DNA from: Octopus sinensis
Taxonomy: Eukaryota
DNA: 64,000 bases
Direction: 5' to 3'
Assembly (NCBI RefSeq): GCF_006345805.1
Contig: NC_042999.1
Coordinates: forward strand, 26,288,001-26,352,000
Shown here: positions 39,380-51,250 of the stretch, piece after piece
How positions within the stretch are numbered: position 1 is the stretch's first letter
How the letters are laid out: every line of letters starts with the position of its first letter
Program-made: the position numbers and the translations under genes
The notes under the pieces: generated by a model
Told to the model about the DNA's origin: nothing
Seen by the model: the letters and a program-made list of their open reading frames with translations, nothing else
The model's database searches: none

Positions 39380-40430
39380 TTCTTCTGCCGAAATTTTATT
39401 CCAAACTTCCTGCCCTTCCTCTTTTGATTGAACAGACTTTGCTGTAACTGGTATATTCCCCATCTTCCTGTAAATTTTTGGGGGTTATTTTTTAGCATGT
39501 TGTCCTTGAAGAATCTAACGCGCCTTTCATACATTGCTATGTGGGTAACTTTAGCACAAACCTTTTGCTTAATAGTTACTATGGTGATATCGGTGACACG
39601 TATGGTTTTCTTATTATATGTTTACTTTAATTTTCGGATTTTTGTTTGTGTGATAGTTTTGTCAAACTTACGGAATTTTAAACATTCTACGTCATACCTA
39701 AGTAGCTGAATTTAGTGTTGAATACACTCTTGCCAAGTAGGCTTTTTGAATCTTTTCACCACAGAAAGTCGTTAAGATTTTCGTGAATGCAGAGTACAGG
39801 TGGGTGAGATCTGTAATATCACCATCATTAGCTGAAATTTTATCCTTAAGTACCACGTGGATTTTACCAATTAATTTCATAGTTTGGTTAGAATTGCTAA
39901 TTTTTAGGAGTGTCACGTTTATTTATAGTGGTTTCTTTAATTTTCAGCCATTCAATTATGATTTGAATTGTTAGATATTGTAGTTCAATTGTGTCGATTT
40001 GATATTCATCTGCCTTAGTGTTTAAGGTTGGTTCAAAGAGTATTTTACATAGCTTATCAGTTACATTAACTCTTTCAGTCATTATTGCATTTTCATTAGA
40101 CCTGAGTTGGTCTATAATTATTTCCTCTGTAGCTGCAACTTCTTTCCTTTTATCCCTTACTGATTGTTTAATTAGGTCAATCTCGAATTCAGTTAGTAAT
40201 TTCTTTTTCATAATGTTTTTGACATTGGCAAGTTTGTTACTGTCTATGTAGGGTCTTACTTCAAGGTGTTTCTGCCTCCAGTATAAGTAGGTTTGTACAG
40301 TATTAGATTCATTTGTGGCGAAATACATGTCATGATAGTAGGTCTTAAGAACTTTATTATCTCCCCTAGACCATTTTTCATTCTTTTTGGTTATCAGATG
40401 ATGAGCATGCACGGTCATCTGTTGGAAAGT
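39380..40430 (-). mobile_element. R4/Dong-clade LINE N-terminal remnant
   Basis: KWSRGDNKVL..YW..NKLAN..IMKKKLLTEFEI and YERRVRFFKDN..NNPQKF match the R4/Dong pre-RT region. Confidence 0.7.
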
Positions 40431-40499
40431 TCCGGTTGTGGGGTACTTCTAAATCCTGTGCTTTGGGAAAACACGTCCATTTTGAAGAAGAATACAAGA

Positions 40500-40790
40500 A
40501 AATATATAAACAAGGTTGATATATAACAGGGCCTGGAGAGAGAGACATAAGAAGATTGTTAGTTGCAGAAAAAGTGAGGTTGAACCAATTGTGATAGGAA
40601 ACTAAGGAGCGACGGGTGAATAGACTCACGAAGGGAACAGAAAAATAAGCTTGCCGGAGCGCATGTAATACATGCAACAGGCATGTCCGGCAGGAACGGT
40701 GGAGATATTTCGAAAGTTCTTGGGTGTGACTTGTTTTCTTGGAGGTGACTTGTTTTCCCCATACCATCATAATGGTGAGATACAACAAAA
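40500..40790 (+). mobile_element. R4/Dong-clade LINE 3' end (RLE C-terminus)
   Basis: VEPIVIGN*GA..MQQACPAGTVEIFRKFLG matches PIVIGALG..Q.A.L.GT..ILRK.L; followed by (GAT)n. Confidence 0.6.
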
Positions 40791-41410
40791 TTTGAAATAG
40801 AATAAATACATGAATAAATAATAACAATGATAACGGAAATGACGACGACGATGACAATGTTGATGATGATGTTATTGATGATGATAATGATGATGATGAG
40901 GATGAGGATGATGATGACGGCGACGACAATGATGATGTTGATTTATGTACAGTGTTATGATTACATTTTCTAACGTGGGATTCCTTTTGCGGCAGCAATA
41001 TTCAGGGCTTCATTACGCTACAAAAAAAAGTTAGTTACCGGTGAGTTATATCTTTGAGCTCTAGAGCTTTCGATAAATCGTTAAAGGAAAATAGAGTAGT
41101 CTTCAAATCTGCATGTGAACGAATTTATAGGCGGAGTGATACATTTCCTTATAGTATTTTATCTCAATCCTGCTTCGTTTCTCATGTTACCAACTGGTAG
41201 ACTCATTCTGCCGCTATAGACCACTACCTTAGAACGGTAGAATCCTCTCAGTATGTCATTTGGACTTACTTCGTCATGTGAAGGTGGGTATCTCGAATGA
41301 AAACTGCAAAGACGTAAGTTACCTTTCTATAGTAGCTTGTACTGGTGAAAGAATGAATATATTTTCACAAAGCTTAATACAAAAGTTTTGTAATATGCTT
41401 ACTGAATTCA

Positions 41411-41571
41411 AGGCGGCGAGCTGGCAGAATCGTTAATACGCCGAATAAAATGCTTAGCTGCATATCGTACGGCTTTAAGTTCTGAGTTCAAATTCCACCG
41501 AGGTCGATTTTCGTCGTTTCTTCACTTCTCGGTCAATAAAATAAGTGCCAGATGATAAAATCGACCTAACC
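41411..41571 (+). mobile_element. SINE family 2, degenerate
   Basis: GGCGGCGAGCTGGCAGAATCG..GAGTTCAAATTCCACCGAGGTCGA. Confidence 0.8.
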
Positions 41572-41849
41572 ACTGCCCCGGACTTGCTGGCAGCTAAATT
41601 CTTCTTTATAACTGGAGAGTGATTAGAATTCGCTTGAAGTTTCCAAATCGGGGTTTCTCTAGAATTAATTGCTTTTTGCTTATAAACATGACTGCAGTTA
41701 GGTTTGTGGCGATATTTAACTCTTTCCAGATTCTGTCAATAATGGTTTTGCCGTTCACATTTCTTGGAATGTTTATGTTGTAGTCTGTGTAAAACTCTAC
41801 ATATAGGAGAGTACTGCACAACATGAAAAATCCGAAATCATCTGTATTT

Positions 41850-44435
41850 TCAGATCAATCTAAAATCTATAATTAGATTTATACCCAATATTAAACTTAA
41901 AGAACATCTCTCTAAACTTAACCCTTGACAAGCGCGCACATATATTGGATATCCAAATCCTCCCATAATGGTTAGACATTCTCGCCCATCTAGCAACCAC
42001 AAGCATAACACTCGATCTAAGTATACTAATATCAGATCTTCCAACTCACCTTTAACACACAGTAGGAATCACACCTCTCCAAATTTGCTTAAGAAAAGTG
42101 GTGGCGGAGGTATTCTCTGGTATACATCTCCATTTGCTTTAAATGTCAAGGGCCTCGCTAATGCATTCTTTAAAATAGTAGACTCTAATTTCCCATGTAA
42201 CCACTAATATCATTCTGTCTTTAACAGATCCACTTTGAAATAATCCTATTCCTCAACGCCAAATATAGAAGCTCTTATCATCTCATCTCATCAACGTAAA
42301 CTTAGCTCTTACTATCTAAATACATACAAACCTACCATAGGCCTACACAACGAAAACACTAACACCAATCGTAATAACATATCCAATACCCCTTACCCTA
42401 CCACTTTAAATAACTTACATAATATAATCCCCACCTCGGTGGGTGCAAGTACTAAAAAGTATACTGATACTAACAGTAGTAACTATATTATCACCACTAT
42501 AACTAATAATACCTATACTACAACTACTAATAGGACTAGCAACAATAGTTATACTAGCACGAACGGCAATATTACAATTACTGAAAAGAATACCATTAGT
42601 AACACTCCTACCGCAAACGCTACTACTAATAGTTGTAATAGTAACATCACTACTACCACCTCCACTGCCACTGCTGATGCCAACACTACTACTAATAATG
42701 CTATTACTGCTACTACTGCTGCTGCCACTCACCCTCCTCCTCATCCTCCTCCTCCTACTACTACTACTACTACTACTTCTTGTAATAAGAAATATTATTA
42801 TAATATCGATGCCGATAACGATAATGACGATAATAATAATAGTGGTAACGATGGTGTTGATATTGATTGTAGAAATTACGGCAATAATAACAACAATATC
42901 ACGAACGATTCACCTAATACTACTCTAGCCTTTAACTTGTTCACTTTTAGCTCTACCTCATCTCTACCTCCAACTAACCATCGTAGAACTGATAGTTGCA
43001 ACTGCAGATTTGAGACAGACTGTCCGCTGCAAGCTCATTGCAGAAAAGTCAAAGTTGTATTCTAATGCACCGTTCATATCATAGCAAATAACTACAATAG
43101 CTACTATACTGGATCTACTACAAATTTTAAGCAAATATATTATGCTCATTTAAACTCGTTTAAATATAAAGAGAACAGCAATTCCACATTATAAGTCAGA
43201 CACGCACACCATCCAATTAATAAAAAGAAAACAATATAGATTTTCCTGGACTGTTATAGATTCTGCTTTCCCATATCATGGCCAGCACTCCACTTGTGGA
43301 CTCTGATTAAAAGAAGCTCTCAATATTTTAACCTATAACTCACCACAACTACTTAACAAGTACAACAAAGCCTTCACAACGTGTAAACACAAATCCTCTC
43401 CACTTTTAAATTCTTCCTAAAATCCAAATGAAAATTCACCCCCTTCCAAATAAAAGCTCATATACAAATCTCCATGATCATTAACACATACCTCTGTGTA
43501 TTTCTTCAATCAACCTTACCTCATCACTTTCTAACATAAATGTTAATTCTTTAATTTATTTTTAAACCTTAACCCCCAGATCCCCTATTATTTAATTATA
43601 ATTCTTGATCCGAAGTAATTTAACATTCAACTGGTTTCTCCATTCACGACCACCTACACACCCACACCCCCATTGCTAAAAATATTTCTACAGCCATAAA
43701 GAGGACACAAGCACTAACTACTAGGTTTCTTGGCCAACCCCTACAGACTAGAAGAATACCACTGGCACCTACTATTCTCTTTGATTCCTTTCATTTTACT
43801 TTATTTTTGCTTTTTTAACGTTATCTTCTTTACCTCCTCCTCTCTCCTTATTTACCTTTAGATATTTATTTATTTATTTATTTATTTATCTTCTTGGTTA
43901 TTTCTGTACAGTATATGCTCATACAATATATTCTCATATACCTTATTTTAGCCTTAAGGCCAATCCTTAATTTTTCTCCTTCACTCTCTCTACGTCTCTT
44001 TCTATTTATTTATCTTTCTTTCTTTTTGCCATTTTATAGCCACTTCCGCTACCATTCTGTTACTGAACGTTTATACGCTCGCGTCTATTTCCGGATATTT
44101 ACACTATTAAGACTTAAATGTACATGAATATACTCAGGATTACACGCAAGGACTTACAGACTTCTACATGATCTGTAAGTTGAACTGTGGACATTTTTGT
44201 TTCTCTTTTCTTTTCTTTCTCCATCTCCTTATTCCTTTTATCCTGGCCTCTGTGTGGTCATTTAATTAATCTATACCCTTCTCATTTTCCCTATTTGTCT
44301 CCGATGACGGAATATCCCATAATCTGGAATATCCCAGAAACAGCTGTAAGACTTTGAATTTTTCCAGTAATAACAGCGTAAAAGACGAGATGTTTACTTT
44401 GCCTTCACGTCTGTTGTCCTCTTTAACAATTATAT
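41850..44435 (+). mobile_element. Penelope-like retroelement remnant (RT C-terminus/linker, GIY-YIG, 3' region with HHR)
   Basis: ILWYTSPFALNV..FFKIVDSNFP..VFNRSTLK*SYSSTPN; SCNCRFETDCPLQAHC..VVF*C..YTGSTTNFK..H..SFKY; FSWTVID..PY..C.L.LKE..LLNK; low-complexity stretch 42400-42960. Confidence 0.85.
44297..44352 (+). ncRNA. Type I hammerhead ribozyme, degenerate (U4>C, stem II mismatches)
   Basis: GUCU-CCGAUGA-[stem II ~29 nt]-GAAA-CAGCUGU-A-AGAC: perfect stem I and 8-nt palindromic stem III ACAGCUGU. Confidence 0.7.
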
Positions 44436-44457
44436 GCGTATATATGTATGTAAGTAT

Positions 44458-44656
44458 GTGTGTTTGTCCCCTTCACACCATTTAACAACCCGTATTGATA
44501 TGCTTAGATCCTCCTAACTTACCAATCGGGCAAAAAAAGGCCATTAGATTACGAACTAGACGTTAAATGAATACGTTAAGGCGTCGATATTTTCGAATAA
44601 ACCCTAAAAGACGGCGCCACTGCATGGCTACAGTGAAATGGCTGAAAGAAGTAAAA
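44458..44656 (+). mobile_element. SINE family 1, 3' half, strongly degenerate
   Basis: GTGTTTGTCCCC..GCATGGCTACAG..GGCTGAAAGAAGTAAAA tail. Confidence 0.55.
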
Positions 44657-44694
44657 TATAAAATGTATTATATATATATGTATATATATGTATA

Positions 44695-44749
<55 letters not shown>

Positions 44750-45236
44750 TTTTTTTACTTCTTTCAGATAATAGTTACATGTATACATACACAACATACG
44801 CATACGCTGAAAAAATATGTGTATATAAGTATTTTAGCGTATGTAACGGGGTCTTTAAAAATCTTGGCAATTACACGCATTCTCAATGTTTTGTAGTCCA
44901 CTTATAAAATTCTTGATGTTAACTTCTCAAAATGTATCGATTTCCCAGTGAATACAAATATAGTAACTAAAGTGGAAAACTTGTTATAAATTCCTTTGTG
45001 GAACGAGTTATCTAATTCACAAAGAGAATCCATTCCTCTGCCATTAAAATCTTGCCGTCAGCTATGGCTTTCGTGTTTGATGCATGTTTGTGTGTAAGCA
45101 AGCAACTTTGTATGTATGGCGGATTGTGTATATGTATGAATGGCTGAATATATCTAATGCTTGCATACACCCGTGCCGGTGTGTATATAGGATTGGGAAA
45201 ATTTGTTTCTTCCAGTTTGTCTCCAATGTGTGTGTA

Positions 45237-45337
45237 ATATATATATATATATAATATATTATATATATATATATATATAATGCAATTCACCACGTAGAGA
45301 TAATCGAAATTCTTCCCTTTGTGTTAATATATGTATG

Positions 45338-45370
<33 letters not shown>

Positions 45371-45377
45371 TATATAT

Positions 45378-45408
<31 letters not shown>

Positions 45409-45496
45409 CATATACATATATACATATATATATATGTACATATATATGTACATATATATGCACACACACATACACATATATATATATATATATATA

Positions 45497-45552
<56 letters not shown>

Positions 45553-45591
45553 TATATATATTATATATTATATATATATATATACATATAT

Positions 45592-45649
<58 letters not shown>

Positions 45650-45775
45650 ATATATTATATATATATATAATATATACATATATACACACACATATATATA
45701 TATATTATATATATATATATACAGGTTTATATATATACATATATACACACACATATATATATATACATATATATG
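45237..45775. repeat. Long interrupted (TA)n microsatellite
   Basis: Direct reading. Confidence 0.93.
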
Positions 45776-46967
45776 TGTGTGTTTCCTAACTAAATATGTT
45801 GGTGTCGCTTCCATTGTAAAACACTTAGTAACCTTTGTACACTCCAATTCACAGACAACAGGTGAGATGATAGCGTTGAATATTATATGTAATTCAATTA
45901 CACTACTGTACCCAGTCCGGTCTCGGAAAATAAATAAGCTATGCGCGTTCAACTTTGGCAACGCGTCACAAAACATTCTATTAACTCATAAATTGGCCGC
46001 AGGTGAAAAGGCGATAATTAATATTCTGGTTCATAAATATCTATTTTCGGTATCTAAGACTAATATTATTAAGTTCTACCTTCCGTCTTCACACACACTT
46101 CCCCGAAATTCTCATCACTTCTCATTCCTTTTCTATATTTCATTTTCCCAATCTAATTGCTTCTCCGCATTCTTTAAATAATTTTCTCCCTCCAGTCTAT
46201 TCAAGTGCGTCCTGATAAACTAGCAAACCTTCTGACACATGCACCAAATCCTGTGTAGAATTCAATTATGATGAATAAACAAAATAAATTTTCAACTTGT
46301 AATATACCTCAAAAATAAAAGGATTTAATGTTTTCTAACCTCATATCCCAACCTATATCTGTTGAATTCATATATATTCATTATGATATATCTAATATTC
46401 ATAAACGTTCTACACTAGCGACTATGTTCCTCACATTTTCCTTTTTGTACACACTCCCACACACAGGCAAACATACATCTCTTACGCACGTGCAATTATA
46501 CAAACAAATATTCATACAAATGTTTTTTTTTTTTAATTCAACACCATTCTTACATTATGGTAGGTAATATAATTGTTTTGAAGAGATCTGGGCTCTAGAT
46601 ATAACTGGAAACAGCAATGCAAATCAACTACCGTTTCCTCAAATGAGTACTGGAGTTCAAATTGCTTCAAAATCATTTCGACTCGCCCACGCTGTAGGCA
46701 TTTATATATTGCGTTGTCAGTTGACAAGGAAATAAAGAAATCATACAATCATCATGATAAAAAGAAATACGGGTGACACGCTGGATGATGCACAAACACC
46801 TCATCATCGATTCTGGACCTTAATCTACTGAAAGCAACCTGTCCATGTTACAAATCTGACTAGAAAAACAGAAAAGGCTTGAAATGCATGAGTGAAGAAT
46901 CGTTGACGAACTTTAAGTATAAGAAAAGCTACGAAACAATGCCGACAGTATAAAAGATACAGATAAT

Positions 46968-47354
46968 GTGGTGGAAGCACTCCGTCGGTTACGACGATGA
47001 GTGTTCCGGTTGATCCGATCAACGGAACAGCCTGCTCGTGAAATTATCGTGCAAGTGGCTGAGCACTCCACAGACACGTGTACCCTTAACGTAGTTCTCG
47101 GGGATATTCAGCGTGACACAGAGAGTGACAAGGCCGGTCCCTTGAAATACAGGTACAACAGAAACAGGAAGTAAGAGTGAGAGAAAGTTGTGGTGAAAGA
47201 GTAGAGCAGGGATCACCACCATCCCTGCCGGAGTCTCGTGGAGCTTTAGGTGTTTTTGCTCAATAAACACTCACAACGGCCGGTCTGGGAATCGAAACCG
47301 CGATCCTATGACCGCGAGTCCGCTGCCCTAACCACTGGGCCATTGCGCCTCTAC
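46968..47354 (-). mobile_element. tRNA-derived SINE family 3, full length, 12-bp TSD
   Basis: Head AGAGGCGCAATGGCCCAGTGGTTAGGGC..GGTTTCGATTCCC; TSD GATACAGATAAT at 46956-46967 and 47355-47366. Confidence 0.88.
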
Positions 47355-47958
47355 GATACAGATAATAAGCCATACTTCACAACATAATGGAATCATTCGA
47401 GGAATTTATAAACTTCAGTAGACAAATATTCAAATTCATTTGATATGGGTATCAAAGAAATCTCGAGCATCCTTTTCCCCACGAACATATTACACAATAG
47501 AGAGCGAATAAAGTACAATCCAACAAATCTTCGTCTTAGCAACATTCAGACGCAATAATTGCGTTGAGAAAGGTTTTACGTCTCTCTGCTCATCTTGGAT
47601 TGGCGTAGCTAAATACACTTCCATGTATTAAGTATTTGTTCAGAAATGACAGTACCACCGTTAGCGCTGGCAAGGACCGGATTTTCTAGAGTTCCTCCAC
47701 AAAACTCCACGCAGAAACGAAATAATTAACTGTTTCTTTGATCCCTAGAATGTCCAGTAGCAAATCGCCGATCGAATCCATGATCAACGTCCCACCTACC
47801 ACCTTGACAGGCTAGCGAGAACTCCTGACGATATTACAATTAACAATGACACCAAGCTCCTCACTTCACGATTGCAATTGCATCACAGAATGATGTTGCA
47901 TAGAAATGTGTGACTACAGACACTGACTGTCTGGTAATATCAGTAAATAAGTAATATA

Positions 47959-48186
47959 TATTTCTTTACCACCCACAAGAGGCTAAACACAGAGAGGACA
48001 AACAAGGACAGGCAAACGGATTAAATCGATTATATCGACGCCAGTGCGGAACTGGTACTTATTTAATCGACCCCGAAAGGATGAAATGCAAAGTTGACCT
48101 CGGCGAAAATTGAACTCAGAACGTAACAGCAGACGAAATACCGCTAAGCATTACGCCCGGCGTGCTAACGTTTCTGCCAGCTCGCC
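47959..48186 (-). mobile_element. SINE family 2, full length
   Basis: Reverse complement of the 34645 copy from GGCGAGCTGGCAGAAACG to GGTAAAGAAATA. Confidence 0.9.
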
Positions 48187-48817
48187 AATCTCAGTGTATG
48201 CTGCGTAGCTGAAATTTTTTACGACGAACTTAATGCTAGCTTTAGATGTTCTTTTTCTATGTGAGTATGATAATGATCAACTATAAAATTCATGACCATT
48301 TTACAGAGTCTTTGGTTTGAACTCTTTGTTTTTGGGTTAGGGTTTGACATACTCATAACATGAAGGTGATAGCACAACTAGATGTAGAATATGTTTGCCG
48401 TTGAATTGGGAATCGATTTCATGCGGTGATTAGTCTTATATTTAGTCTCTTCGTCGGGGTTAAAATCACATAAAAGTCTCAGATAATTGCATGTGTTAAT
48501 TGCACTTCCAGCTCATTCCAACAATATTTAGATAGCTGCAGAGAGGACAAAGGAGTTCTGCATGCTTGTATTTTCCGGAAACGAACCTAAACGGAATACA
48601 TGTATCGACATATTTGGAATTTCATAAAGTTCGCGAATGTTTGAAAAGATGTAGGGCAATCGGAATCTACAAACTATAAACACAAAAGTGAAAATTCTAT
48701 TGGTCTACTATAAGCAAATAATTAAAACAAAGAAAACCGTTTATCTTTTATGTACATTAGATTGAGAATTGAGATGCTCGCTTAGCTTAACGATATAGTT
48801 ATAGAAAATATTTACGT

Positions 48818-48879
<62 letters not shown>

Positions 48880-48895
48880 GATACTCTCTTTCTCC

Positions 48896-48939
<44 letters not shown>

Positions 48940-49909
48940 GCTTATGTAAATATGCTCCTGTCACAACCGGGGACCTTGAGGACTGCAATAACGCATGACA
49001 GTATACTAGTCCCCTAATATTTTATATTCAACATTTCATCTATTCAACAGCAAGCAATACTTCATTTCATTTTACTATATATATATTATTCATACTATAT
49101 ATTCTAGATTCTACATTAATATTATAAAAAAAAATATAAATAAAACATTGAAAAACAGACAGAGTTGGAATTTCTTTGAATAATATATATATATTATTTT
49201 TGCTTTTATATTTTACCAATTAACTATCCAATGTGTTTTTTTTAATGCACTGACTGAAAAGTCAGACGGCTGTTAGTTTCCTCTTTAAGATTTCTTTCGT
49301 CGACATTCCTGACCTTATCAATGACATATCCCCAGTCTTCAAGAACTGCTGAACAATATTTGAATAGATAAACAAACGGTGAAGGCAAAGTGTATGTCGT
49401 TGAAATTTTGGGGCTGCCATAGGGTCGCCACTGATTATTCCATCAACCCATTAGTAAGCTGAAAAAAATAAAGAAGTAGTACTGAGCCAGTTCGTGTGTT
49501 TCTTTTAATTTTAATTGGCATAGGGACCCACTCTATAAACAAGTGGTTTTTAAACGTACAAATTCACATCAAGAATCTTGCAAACGAAATACAAAACCCC
49601 ACACACGTACACGGGCACGTGCGCACGCACACACATACACTCACACACGCACACAAACACAATACACGTTTTTGTGTTATAAAATGTTCGTATCCATCAA
49701 TATTGTTGGATAATATTTATTTAACATATTTACTTAAGAGAAACAGGGGTAGCGTCTGTGACATTTTTCATTGGTCGGAGTATGGAAGGAAGTTACCATC
49801 TAGCCGTTATCAATTTTGAACTCTTGCTTACATTACCCAAATGGTTGTGGTAAACTGAATGGCGTACTTGATGTTTTCATCCGAGAGTTTGATCCCAAAA
49901 CTATAAGTA

Positions 49910-50076
49910 TAGCCGCAGGAGTGGCTGTGTGGTAAGTAGCTTGCTTACCAACCACATGGTTCCAGGTTCAGTCCTACTGTGTGGCACATTGGGCAAGTAT
50001 CTTCTACTAGAGCCTCGGCCCGACCAAAGCCTTGTAAGTGGATTTGGTAGACGAAAACTGAAAGAAGCCCGTCGTA

Positions 50077-50163
<87 letters not shown>

Positions 50164-50400
50164 ATGTGTGCGTGCGTGTATGTGTGTGTGTGCTTGTGTG
50201 TCTGTGTTTGTCCCCCAACATCGCTTGTAAACCGCTGCTGGTGTGTTTACGTCCCCGTATCTTAGCGGTGCAGCAAAAGAGACCGATAGAATAAGTACTA
50301 GGCTTACAATGAATAAGTCCTGGGGTCGATTTGCTCGACTAAAACGCGGTGCTCCAGCATGACCGCAGTCAAATGACTGAAACAAGTAAAAGAGTAAAAA
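49910..50400 (+). mobile_element. SINE family 1, full length
   Basis: Head GCAGGAGTGGCTGTGTGG; tail CAGTCAAATGACTGAAACAAGTAAAAGAGTAAAA. Confidence 0.92.
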
Positions 50401-51027
50401 GTGATGTACATGTTGATACACACATATATACCAACACACAAACAACCACATGGTACAAAAACACTCAAATATTGATGTATATGGACATAGCACATCATAT
50501 ATGAGTGTGCAAATCTCAAAGACATAGGTGAATATAACGAAAATTTAATGTGAAGAAAATCAATGACGACTGCTTTCTTAACTGCAGTTATCAACATGTA
50601 ATAAAACGTTCAGATTTAGATCCTAATAAAACACAGAGATTATAGTTGGTGCGTTTTAATGCTCTTACAAAAAAGTAATCAATTAAATGTTACATTTTGT
50701 GAAAAATGTTGGTATGTGTGCCAAATATTTGGTATCAATTAAATGTGACATTTTGTGGAAAATATTGGTGTATGTGCCAAAATATTTGGCATATTTTTGG
50801 AAAGATTTCTGCATGTTCACTTGTTTTGGGAATACTTCAAGAGACAAGCGCAGTTATGTATTTTGTAAATTGGTTACATCATACTCATTGCATCAATCTA
50901 TATGTTTAAAATATTTACATTAAATAACAACTTCCAAGGTCCTTACTATATGTACGCGTGGATGTGTACAGGAGTCGCTGTCTGTGTATTTCGATATATA
51001 TGTACCACACAGACACAGACACACACA

Positions 51028-51071
<44 letters not shown>

Positions 51072-51119
51072 ACACATTCACGCTCACAACCTTCAAGTGT
51101 TTGGTCAAAAAAAGTGAAC

Positions 51120-51250
51120 CCCTGTACTGTTCTGTACTTATTCTGTCGGAGTCGTTTTGCGAAACCGCTAAGTTACGTGGAGGTAGAAATATAACAATGG
51201 TTGTCAAGCTATGGTGGTGGGAGACAAACCCGCACACACACACACACACG
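51120..51250 (-). mobile_element. SINE family 1, internal fragment
   Basis: GTACTTATTCTGTCGG..CCGCTAAGTTACG..GGTTGTCAAGC. Confidence 0.6.

Noticed and set aside
47400-47900. Minus-strand Tc1-like remnant (GGTLIMD..)
   Set aside because: No recognisable catalytic motifs remain.
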